Virus record (IMG/VR): IMGVR_UViG_3300025018_000121
Coordinates: 27,094 to 91,093 of that record
Reading direction: 5' to 3' (one strand)
Length of the DNA: 64,000 nucleotides
Source of the DNA: a virus
The position numbers and the translations under genes were made by a program. The notes under the pieces were generated by a model. That model made no database searches and was not told the DNA's origin. It was given only the letters and a program-made list of their open reading frames with translations. Of the stretch, positions 31,072 to 39,732 are shown piece by piece (the first letter of the stretch is position 1; every line of letters starts with the position of its first letter).

Positions 31072-32385
31072 ATGAAAGTTTTAAATGCAGAGCTTGCAGG
31101 TCTGTCTGATATTATTTTTCACGGTACAGACATAGATAAAGCATTTGCTATATTAAAACAGAACAAATTTATTCTAGCCTTTTCAAAAACAGGTTCTGCT
31201 GAAGACAGTCTTAATCCAAACCCTAAATTTCACTTTTATCTTTCTACTGCACGTTCAAAATTAAGTCACTACATTAGAACAAATAGCCCTGAAGCTATTT
31301 TTGTACTAGACGGTAGAAAGCTAGGTCAAAAATATAAAGGTGGGCCAATTAACTACTGGAAAGGTTTTTCTGAAAAAGAGCAAAAAGAAAAAGAGAAAGA
31401 AGATAGGGTTTACACAAAAGACTCTTATATCCCTAATGCCTACACCTATATAAAAGAATTGCAGGTTTCAGTAGACAGGCTAAACGATTACCGTAAAAAA
31501 TATTTACTTGGCCTATTAAAACTTGCTAAAAAGCACAACGTAAAAGTAGTTGGGTTTAAAACTTTCAAAGGTATGTTGATAAATAGTAGAACGGAAAGGC
31601 TAACAGAAGACGAATTGTTTGCTGCTGTTTCAGACGTTAAAGGAAAGCCCGATAGCCCTTATAGCTACACAAAGCCAGAAGATATAAGCATTTTTGTTTA
31701 CGCTTACGAACGGATGGAAGAAGCTATTAAAAAGAATCAAGATTTCTATAAGCTACTGGCTTCAAAGAATTATGCTAGATCAAAGTACGCTAAGAAATAT
31801 AAAGTTTACGACTTGCTACAACATGTTTTTCCACACAATCATCATGATTTTATTAGCACCCTAAGTATGTACATTGGAAACTCTAGACGAAACATGTCGC
31901 CAGAATTAAACGATGCCGTACAGTCTTTAAGTCGTTTAATGCGTAGACTAAAAGTAAATGACTTGGCTAATCTCTTTATAAAGTTTCGAGACTTATATTC
32001 AGAGTATAACACTCAGTCTTCTGTAAGATCAAAGCAACGATCCTTATTGTCTGCTAAAAAAGTAGCGCGTACTAAAGGATTATTGTATTCCGAAGTGACT
32101 CTAAAAGATGATGACCTTATTATAGTTCACGGAGCTAGAATAAAAAATAGGATAACTAAGAAAGACCTGTTAGACGTTGCTATGCACTTAACAAACAGTT
32201 TGCTTAATATTTTTTGGGGAATGAAAAGAATTGAAATAAAACTAAGCAAGCCTATAACGAAAAGCCAATTGTCTGTACTAGAAGAACTTGGATTTTCAGG
32301 CGATGGCCGAGAATATCTTTATATCAGTTACTACTCGTACAACAGAATTGATTTGGAATCTGTAAATTCAACAGAACTCGCGTAA
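31072..32385 (+). CDS. ADP-ribosyltransferase-fold protein with MKVLN leader
   Basis: FHGT, YLSTARS, LDG.KL...YK..PINYW, EKEDR. Confidence 0.55.
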   Translation: MKVLNAELAGLSDIIFHGTDIDKAFAILKQNKFILAFSKTGSAEDSLNPNPKFHFYLSTARSKLSHYIRTNSPEAIFVLDGRKLGQKYKGGPINYWKGFSEKEQKEKEKEDRVYTKDSYIPNAYTYIKELQVSVDRLNDYRKKYLLGLLKLAKKHNVKVVGFKTFKGMLINSRTERLTEDELFAAVSDVKGKPDSPYSYTKPEDISIFVYAYERMEEAIKKNQDFYKLLASKNYARSKYAKKYKVYDLLQHVFPHNHHDFISTLSMYIGNSRRNMSPELNDAVQSLSRLMRRLKVNDLANLFIKFRDLYSEYNTQSSVRSKQRSLLSAKKVARTKGLLYSEVTLKDDDLIIVHGARIKNRITKKDLLDVAMHLTNSLLNIFWGMKRIEIKLSKPITKSQLSVLEELGFSGDGREYLYISYYSYNRIDLESVNSTELA

Positions 32386-32396
32386 GAGGGTGAGCT

Positions 32397-33017
32397 ATGA
32401 CAGGTACGTACATAGAAGCTAAATTTAAACCAGTTTGTGTAGAAAAAATCTACGCCGTTGCTAATCGAGCAGCGGCTTTATTGCAGTGTACTCCTATTGA
32501 AAAAGAACAAATTCACTGCACCGTTTTATATTCAGAAATACCTAAAGAACCAAGGAAAGGCGAGTTTAAAGTAAATTGGAAAGTATCTACTAAAAAATAT
32601 GATTTATTCGGCCCCGAAAAAGATTGTCTTGTTATTCTTTTAAATTGCCCTGAATTAGTTAGGTTAAACTCAATGTGTATGTCAGCAGGTGCAACCTCTA
32701 CATACGCTCAATACTGTCCGCATATTACTTTGGCTTATGGCACGGACGCTGAGTTATTTAATTACCACAGCAAGCAGTTAAACAAAATGTTAGAATCATT
32801 ATCTTGTTTAACTATAGACTCTATACACGTAAAGCCCTTAGTAAGAGACTGGAAAATAACGGTTGAATCAAAATACATGGACAAAGACCTCTGTTGGAAA
32901 AACTACACAATGGTCGGACTAAAGAAAGACAAGAAAGGAAACTTAGTTCCTAATTGTGTACCAAAAGAGGATGTAAAAGAAAAAATCGAAAGCAGACTGT
33001 TGAGAGTAAGTCTGTAA
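32397..33017 (+). CDS. 2H phosphoesterase, Acb1/T4 gp57B-like, with C-terminal CWxxY..NCVP peptide
   Basis: GTYIEAKF, IHCTVLYS, PHITLAY (two HxT motifs). Confidence 0.75.
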   Translation: MTGTYIEAKFKPVCVEKIYAVANRAAALLQCTPIEKEQIHCTVLYSEIPKEPRKGEFKVNWKVSTKKYDLFGPEKDCLVILLNCPELVRLNSMCMSAGATSTYAQYCPHITLAYGTDAELFNYHSKQLNKMLESLSCLTIDSIHVKPLVRDWKITVESKYMDKDLCWKNYTMVGLKKDKKGNLVPNCVPKEDVKEKIESRLLRVSL

Positions 33018-33065
33018 AGTAAGCGACCTACAAAGGTGTACATAATATCGTTCAAGGAACTTAAA

Positions 33066-33515
33066 ATGCTTCTGTACAATTCTCCCCAGATGCGCAATTT
33101 TGTTAAAAAGAAAGGAGCCATTGGAACTATCCAAATGCCAATAAAAACCTTTCTGAAATTAACTTCCAATACAAGACTTCCTAGAATTAAAAAAGAGGCT
33201 ATGTCAGTAGGTGAATATAATGCACTGGCACTGCAAGGAAAGATAAATACTATGCCTTTTATTCGCATTTTACCTAACGGGAAAGTAAAAGGTCACGAAG
33301 GCAGACACCGTTCATGGTCTTTGTATCGTGAAGGTGAGCGCTACATTGAAGTGGCAATTATTGTTACTAAGCCAGATACAGAAAAAGGAAAAGGAAAGAA
33401 TAAAACTTACGAAACACTACCTAAATTTAAATCGAGAGACTTGCCTACTATTTGGGAAGGCCAGTTTTCAGAAGTTAAGTTACCTGTAAAACTTCAAACA
33501 TTTAAAAGGATGTGA
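33066..33515 (+). CDS. ParB/sulfiredoxin-like domain protein
   Basis: MPFI...VKGHEGRHR; paralogue of 37887..38462; AAGGA RBS before ATG 33066. Confidence 0.55.
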   Translation: MLLYNSPQMRNFVKKKGAIGTIQMPIKTFLKLTSNTRLPRIKKEAMSVGEYNALALQGKINTMPFIRILPNGKVKGHEGRHRSWSLYREGERYIEVAIIVTKPDTEKGKGKNKTYETLPKFKSRDLPTIWEGQFSEVKLPVKLQTFKRM

Positions 33516-33775
33516 ACATGGAAAAAATATTGATGGGCCGTGACAATCCAGACGGACATAAGTTAGAAGAACTACTAAAAAGATTGCAGGAAGAAATTGA
33601 GTCAAAGTCTCGTTTACTGACTGAGAACTCTGATTTAACTAAAATGATTATTGAGTCTAACGATAAAATAGTAAAGCTCCTTTATGAAGCTGAACAAATT
33701 CAAATAAATACTATGAAAGAAATAGAAAAACAGAGAGGCCCTAACAGAGGGCCGTCGAATCCGCGAGTTAGCTGA
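33512..33775 (+). CDS. Small coiled-coil hypothetical protein
   Basis: LMGRDNPDGHKLEELL followed by a heptad pattern. Confidence 0.6.
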   Translation: MNMEKILMGRDNPDGHKLEELLKRLQEEIESKSRLLTENSDLTKMIIESNDKIVKLLYEAEQIQINTMKEIEKQRGPNRGPSNPRVS

Positions 33776-33782
33776 GGGCGGT

Positions 33783-35660
33783 ATGAAAGTGCTTAATGAA
33801 GAAAAAGCAAGCTCACAGCAGATTAAAGCACTCGAAGCTAAAATTAAACGAGCTTCGGACATTTATTATAATACTGGCAAAATAATCATGCCAGATAAAG
33901 AATTCGACAAACTTGTTGAAGAATTAAAAGTACTAAGCCCAAAATCAAAAGTCTTGCAGCAGATAGGCGCACCTGTTAAAAGACAAAAAGTTAAGCTGAT
34001 GTATTTCATGGGAAGCCTTGACAAAATTAAGGCGGAAAATGCAGATACATGGTTGCAGAATAAAAGACCTAAGAATGGATATTGCGTCTCAGATAAAATT
34101 GATGGTGTTTCTATTTTAATTGTTTACACACCTAAAGAAATAAAAGCATTTACACGCGGGGATGGCACTTACGGACAAGACATTTCCTTTTTAGTACCTC
34201 ACTTGGGTATCCCAACATTAAAAACTAATCTGGTATTGCGAGCCGAAATCGTAATGCCTGTTTCGCGTTTTGAAACGTGGAAAAAAGATTTTGAGAATCC
34301 AAGAAATCTAGTATCAGGTATTGTTAATCGTAAATCTATCCACAGGGCTACCAGAGACTTAGACGTAATTGTTTACGAACAAATATCTCCAAGAATTGCA
34401 CAAAGCCAAGCACTAGAAAAATTAAAAGGTGTTGGCTTTAAAGTTGTACCCTTCAAAATATTTAAAGACCTTAATTCAAGTCTGTTATCTGAACTATTGA
34501 AATCAAGAAAACAGAAATCTAAATACGAAATTGATGGTCTTGTTGTTACTGTTAATGATAGCAACCCCGTTAATACAATGGGAAATCCAAGCTGGGCGAA
34601 AGCCTTTAAAGAAGTTGGCGAAGGTGCTGTACAGGAAGCCGAAGTTGTTGACGTTCATTGGGAAATATCCAAGCGTGGTTTATTGAAGCCTAGAGTAGAA
34701 ATTAAACCACTACGTTTAAGCGGTGTAACCGTTAAGTTTGCTACAGGCTTTAATGCAAAGTTTATCGAAGACAATAAAATTGGCCCCGGTGCGAAAATAA
34801 AAATCGTTAGGTCAGGTGACGTAATTCCGCACATAATGGAGGTTGTAAAGCCGGCTAAAACTGCACGTCTCCCTACTGATAAAGAATTCCGGTATATGTG
34901 GAATAAAACCGGGGTAGACATTGTTGCTATTGACAAGAAAAGCCATAAGTCTTATCAAGTAAAACGCTTGAATCATTTCTTCAAAACATTAGGCGTAGAA
35001 AATTTCAGTATTGGTTTAATCGAACGCTTTTTGTTAGACGGTCTTGATTCAATCGGAAAGATTACCAAAGCATCTAAGAAAAGACTGCTACAAGTAAATG
35101 GTATTCAAGAAAAATCAGCAGAAAAGATTTATTCCAATATTCAGACGGCAATTAAAAACGTACCTTTGGATAAACTAATGGATGCTTCTGGTTTGTTTGA
35201 AAATATGGCCCAGAAGAAAATCAAAAAAGTGTTGGATAAATATCCTAAAATTTTAGACTCTTTTTCCAAAGTGCCTACTCAGACTTTAGTAGATAAATTA
35301 AAACAAGTAGAGGGTTTTAGCGATGTGTCAGCAAAGGAGTTCGCTAAAGGTCTTCCGAAGTTTGTTGCCTTCGTAAATAAATATCCTAATATCACTTACG
35401 TTGTACCCAAAGAAAAGAAAACGCAAATAAAAGGAAAACTCGCTGGAAAAAGTTTTGTGTTTACAGGTTTTAGAGATAGACACTTGGAGTCTACACTTGA
35501 ATCCAAAGGCGGTAAAATAGGAGCGGGTGTAACTAAAACCACAACAATTCTTATCGTTAAAGATAAGTCAGCAGGTTCTACTAAGATACAAAAAGCAGAA
35601 GCTCTAGGCGTGAAAGTAATGGACGCTAATGAATTTCGACGTTGGCTTGATAAACAATAG
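33783..35660 (+). CDS. ligA: NAD-dependent DNA ligase with MKVLN leader
   Basis: YYN, MGSLDK, KIDG, TRGDG, NPRN, EIDGLV, RSGDVIP, HhH repeats, C-terminal BRCT; no Cys4 Zn finger. Confidence 0.95.
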   Translation: MKVLNEEKASSQQIKALEAKIKRASDIYYNTGKIIMPDKEFDKLVEELKVLSPKSKVLQQIGAPVKRQKVKLMYFMGSLDKIKAENADTWLQNKRPKNGYCVSDKIDGVSILIVYTPKEIKAFTRGDGTYGQDISFLVPHLGIPTLKTNLVLRAEIVMPVSRFETWKKDFENPRNLVSGIVNRKSIHRATRDLDVIVYEQISPRIAQSQALEKLKGVGFKVVPFKIFKDLNSSLLSELLKSRKQKSKYEIDGLVVTVNDSNPVNTMGNPSWAKAFKEVGEGAVQEAEVVDVHWEISKRGLLKPRVEIKPLRLSGVTVKFATGFNAKFIEDNKIGPGAKIKIVRSGDVIPHIMEVVKPAKTARLPTDKEFRYMWNKTGVDIVAIDKKSHKSYQVKRLNHFFKTLGVENFSIGLIERFLLDGLDSIGKITKASKKRLLQVNGIQEKSAEKIYSNIQTAIKNVPLDKLMDASGLFENMAQKKIKKVLDKYPKILDSFSKVPTQTLVDKLKQVEGFSDVSAKEFAKGLPKFVAFVNKYPNITYVVPKEKKTQIKGKLAGKSFVFTGFRDRHLESTLESKGGKIGAGVTKTTTILIVKDKSAGSTKIQKAEALGVKVMDANEFRRWLDKQ

Positions 35661-35695
35661 GAGTCTGCAATGAACAGTACTGAAACTATCTAACC

Positions 35696-35727
35696 AAAAG
35701 CGGGGGCCTTTAAAGCTCCCGTTTTTT
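35696..35727 (+). terminator. Rho-independent terminator
   Basis: GCGGGGGC-CTTTAAA-GCTCCCGT followed by a T run. Confidence 0.75.
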
Positions 35728-35782
35728 ATTTGCGTCCTAAAAAGGCTAATTTTATTGTATCAACCTAATAGAGATTTGGGAC

Positions 35783-37876
35783 ATGAATTCGTACTCTATT
35801 AATTCAATTTTGGCGAAAATGGCTACACACCTTTGGGGTGAAAATTGCCGTTATCCAGTATATACAGAACAAGGTTTATTTAAATGGCAGAATCCAGATA
35901 ATGCTTTTCGTTTTGTCGCTGACAACATTGAAAAGTGTTCGGACTCTGCCCAAATTATTTTATTTGGCTCTGGTTTTGTTGAACAGCAGAGTGCAAACGA
36001 ATGTGTATTGCATTCTTTTATTTTAGATAACCAAAAGATTATTGATTTATACGAAGACAAAATTGCCGTTTATTGTAACGATGGCTACAAACTTGCTAAC
36101 GTTCCTATTGGACAAGAAATATTTCGAGTATCTGTTAGTGAATTTAAAGACCTGTTTAAATCAAATGCCGAACATACAGAAGTAGAAGTTGCTTTTTCAG
36201 ATCAGAACTACGAAGCAGAAGCACTGGCATTTATTTACTGCGCTTATGTTATTTTTAAATACGTTATGACTCAGAACCCAAAAGAAATTACTAAGGAATC
36301 CATCGTAGGTTTATCTGAGAACGCACCAATTGCCCAAAAGTTTTTAACTAAGTACAAAGTAGGGTATCGTTTATTTAGCAAATTACTCTCTTTAATAGTT
36401 GCCAAAAAAGAATACAACGATCAGGTAGAAAATCTTGTATTGCGTTTTGGCAAAGACTTAAAAGGTGCAGTTCCTTTGTGGACTAAAAATAATAAGATTG
36501 GAAAAGACGCTCTAACTGCAATGAAAGCCTTTGGTACTTACTTGAGAAAACGCGATAGCAATAATGCAAAGAATTGGTTATTGGCTAACGTAAACAAGAT
36601 GCAGAGCAGAACTCTTGTACAGTTATTCTCTGACGCTAAATATCTTGGATTAAAGAATGACAAGGTTGGTGTTGACGTAAAAGGCAGTCAACAAGAATTA
36701 TTAAAGAAGATTAAAGCAGTGACTAAAAAATTAATTGGTAGTCCTGTTGAAGGTCTATCAATTGAACAAGCTAAGAAGGCAAGAGATAAAGACCCAGAGA
36801 CTTACAAAATATATTTAGAGTTACGACGCGCATTAGTACAATCATCCTCAGCTTTTCTTAGACTAAAAGTACGTCAGTCCGGAAAGCAACTTGTGCCTTA
36901 TGACAAAACAATCGAAGAAATGAATGCTGAAGGAATTAAGCACAATTACCCTGAAGGGTTTAAAGGTTACTTAGACGAAGATGGTTTTCTTTACACCACT
37001 GCAAAAAAGAAAATATCGAACAAGCCCGCAAGCCGCGTTAGCATGAATCCTAATTATGACGCAAATAAAGATGACACTTATGTATTTACAATAGTGTCTC
37101 CTACAGATAAAACAAAAGTCCTTTATTTTAGAACAGATGATTTTGCAAAGAAGCGTACAGCATTAAAATCTGAAAAAGTCTCTGAGCTAGGTGCGAGGCT
37201 GAAAACAATTCGTAATAAGTGGACGGGAAAAATTGGATACAAGAAAAGAGAAAACCTTGTTGCTTCTATTCTGGAATTAATTTATTTATTTGCTGCGCGT
37301 GTAGGTAAGACAGGTAACATGACAGGTGGTGAGCCTACTTTTGGTATGTCTACAATTCTGGTTAAGCACGTTAAGAAGCAAGGCAAGAATTATATATTTG
37401 CGTATCCCGGTAAAAAAGGAACAATTCAAAACTACACACTCACTCCCAAGCATCCTACCTATGCAAAACTTGCTGAAGTATTAGATCACCAAATGCAGGG
37501 AAAGAAGCCTACTGATTCTATCTGGACTTACAAGGGTGTATTTATTCCAAAGTCTGCAATTGATTCTTTCTGGAAAAGTTTAGACTCTGCTACAGCCAAT
37601 GTCGGCGTACACAAAATCCGAAATGCTGAAGCAACTAAAATGGCAAAAGATATTTTATCTAAACATCCCTTTAAGAGCGGTGTTACTAGTCAGGCACAAG
37701 TAGAAAAATGGTACAAAGACGAAATGAAAAAAGTAGGTCAAGCACTGCAACACCAAACCGGCGGAAATGTAACTAGCACTACTGCTATTAAAAGTTACAT
37801 TGACGCAGAGCTGCAAAAAGAATTCTTTTTAAGTTTAGGTTTGCGTGTGCCGTCTTTTGTACCACAGTCGAATTGA
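35783..37876 (+). CDS. Type IB DNA topoisomerase with long N-terminal extension
   Basis: Catalytic set RVG, GKKG, HKIR, LQH, AIKSYID. Confidence 0.8.
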   Translation: MNSYSINSILAKMATHLWGENCRYPVYTEQGLFKWQNPDNAFRFVADNIEKCSDSAQIILFGSGFVEQQSANECVLHSFILDNQKIIDLYEDKIAVYCNDGYKLANVPIGQEIFRVSVSEFKDLFKSNAEHTEVEVAFSDQNYEAEALAFIYCAYVIFKYVMTQNPKEITKESIVGLSENAPIAQKFLTKYKVGYRLFSKLLSLIVAKKEYNDQVENLVLRFGKDLKGAVPLWTKNNKIGKDALTAMKAFGTYLRKRDSNNAKNWLLANVNKMQSRTLVQLFSDAKYLGLKNDKVGVDVKGSQQELLKKIKAVTKKLIGSPVEGLSIEQAKKARDKDPETYKIYLELRRALVQSSSAFLRLKVRQSGKQLVPYDKTIEEMNAEGIKHNYPEGFKGYLDEDGFLYTTAKKKISNKPASRVSMNPNYDANKDDTYVFTIVSPTDKTKVLYFRTDDFAKKRTALKSEKVSELGARLKTIRNKWTGKIGYKKRENLVASILELIYLFAARVGKTGNMTGGEPTFGMSTILVKHVKKQGKNYIFAYPGKKGTIQNYTLTPKHPTYAKLAEVLDHQMQGKKPTDSIWTYKGVFIPKSAIDSFWKSLDSATANVGVHKIRNAEATKMAKDILSKHPFKSGVTSQAQVEKWYKDEMKKVGQALQHQTGGNVTSTTAIKSYIDAELQKEFFLSLGLRVPSFVPQSN

Positions 37877-37886
37877 TAGGTGAACT

Positions 37887-38462
37887 ATGAAACTTATTCA
37901 GACAGCTAGACACTATGACCTTCCAATTTCAAACGTACAAAAAAGAAATGCTATAGGAAATAAGTGCATTGGTTATATCACAATGCACCCTATGGATTTC
38001 TTGGAATTAACTACTACAAATAAAGAAGGCGTAGAGAGAATAATGAATGATTCTCAGCCTTTAGAAGTTTATTTGAAAAGTATTCGTAATCGTTCAAACC
38101 TTGTTATGCCTTTTCTCGGAATCGAAGTTGCGAAAGGAAAACTAGGTAAGGCTAAACGTGGTGAAGTCGTAGGTCACGAAGGTAGGCACAGAGCGGCAGC
38201 GCTTTTAAAGTCTGGAAAAACAAGACTACCTGTAGCCGTGCGCGTGCGCGAGGAAGGTAGAGAATGGAAATACTACGCCGAGCGTTATGTACCTAACGAA
38301 GGCCGTGAAAAAGTTTTTATGAACGCCTCTATTATTCCTGAAGTCTGGACAGGACAATTTAATTCTTCAATATCAAAAAACATGTCAAATGCTTTAAAAA
38401 CATTTGAATCTTTTTATTCAAGTTCCGCAACTAAAGATATTCAAGACGTGAGGGACTGGTAA
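37887..38462 (+). CDS. ParB/sulfiredoxin-like domain protein
   Basis: MPFL...VVGHEGRHRAAAL. Confidence 0.55.
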   Translation: MKLIQTARHYDLPISNVQKRNAIGNKCIGYITMHPMDFLELTTTNKEGVERIMNDSQPLEVYLKSIRNRSNLVMPFLGIEVAKGKLGKAKRGEVVGHEGRHRAAALLKSGKTRLPVAVRVREEGREWKYYAERYVPNEGREKVFMNASIIPEVWTGQFNSSISKNMSNALKTFESFYSSSATKDIQDVRDW

Positions 38463-39214
38463 TGAAAATCTTATCTAGCTTCGACCCTGAGCAATTAAAA
38501 ATAGGAACAGATGTAGAACTAGAACATACTAGTGACAGAAAAATTGCAGAGAAAATTGCTAAAGATCATTTGAAAGAATGTCCTAACTATTACACCCGTC
38601 TTTTGAAAATGGAAAAAGAATGTGATTCTGAGAAAGCCAGCGTACCAGATAATGACTACGTTTTCTTCGATACAGAGTTTTATGAGAACGGCGAAGTAAT
38701 TATTCCTATTTCAATTGGTATGGTAAAAGGTCTTGAAGGTAACGAACACTTGTATTTAGTCAACGCAGACTTTGACTATGATTGGATGGTAGCCGACGCG
38801 AAAAGCAGAGGCTCTGAAGAAACAATAGAATTCCTAGACAAAAATGTATTCAATAATATTTGCGCCACGTCTGAAAATACTTTTAGCATGTCGATCATCA
38901 AAGACATTATGACGCAGTTTTTACCGAAGGTTCCTTGTCTCTGGGCTTCTACTGCTTCTTACGACTGGATTCTTTTATGTCAAATGTTTGGTCGCATGGT
39001 AGATAAGCCAAAAGAGTATCCTTATTTTCCTATGGACACTGCACAACTTAAAAAGATGTTTCCACAAGTCACTGTTGATTATTCTTGTATGCCTGACAAT
39101 TCTATAACATTAGGTTGCGAACACAACGCATTGTTTGATGCTTACGAAACACGTTGTAAATACCTGAGTTATAGAAAATTCGTTACTGAAAATAAGTTAC
39201 CGATTAGTCTGTGA
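38462..39214 (+). CDS. DEDD 3'-5' exoribonuclease (Rv2179c-like) fused to a small N-terminal DUF5661-like domain
   Basis: FFDTEF, ISIGMV, SYDWILLCQMFG, HNALFDA; N-domain QLKIG..VELEHT...IAKDHLKE.PNYYT.L. Confidence 0.75.
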   Translation: MKILSSFDPEQLKIGTDVELEHTSDRKIAEKIAKDHLKECPNYYTRLLKMEKECDSEKASVPDNDYVFFDTEFYENGEVIIPISIGMVKGLEGNEHLYLVNADFDYDWMVADAKSRGSEETIEFLDKNVFNNICATSENTFSMSIIKDIMTQFLPKVPCLWASTASYDWILLCQMFGRMVDKPKEYPYFPMDTAQLKKMFPQVTVDYSCMPDNSITLGCEHNALFDAYETRCKYLSYRKFVTENKLPISL

Positions 39215-39221
39215 GGCTAGT

Positions 39222-39731
39222 ATGAAAGTTTTAGAGTTCTCTTCTACTTATTTATTTCATAGTACAAACAAAGAATATTCCCCCGGAGATTTGTTACAGT
39301 GGAAGGGAGCAAAAACAAAAGGTACTTTTGGGGATTATGAAAAGCTAATAGAGAAAAATCGACCTGCCTCTGCTCACAGTAGGCTGTCTTCGTTTTATAC
39401 AGCTAAAACAAAAAGAGAGTCTGAAATATTTGATGTTGGTATGTACACTTATAAGGTATTACCTGTAGGAAAAATTACGCCTTGCGCTCTTGGCTGGTTC
39501 AGTTTACTAATGGTTTATGTTAAACCGGAAGGCTATAGAAAAAACTACGGATATATAGTAAACGTAAACAAAGCAATGAAAGACCCTAAAGTTACGGAGC
39601 TGTGCAAAAATTATTGGAAAGGTATTGTTCCTACCAAAAAACAATTTGACGAATTTGATCGTGACATGGACGTGGAATCAAAAGTAATTGAAGTATTGTG
39701 CTCAAAAATAAAAATCGTAAAAGAGGTCTAA
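39222..39731 (+). CDS. ADP-ribosyltransferase-like protein (Arr-like) with MKVLE leader
   Basis: LFHST....PGD, RP....SRL, YKVLP.G, YWKG, terminal EVL. Confidence 0.5.
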   Translation: MKVLEFSSTYLFHSTNKEYSPGDLLQWKGAKTKGTFGDYEKLIEKNRPASAHSRLSSFYTAKTKRESEIFDVGMYTYKVLPVGKITPCALGWFSLLMVYVKPEGYRKNYGYIVNVNKAMKDPKVTELCKNYWKGIVPTKKQFDEFDRDMDVESKVIEVLCSKIKIVKEV

Positions 39732-39732
39732 G

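Noticed and set aside
35670-35693. 7-codon ORF MNSTETI with GGAG RBS after the ligase
   Set aside because: Too short to support; may be a deletion remnant
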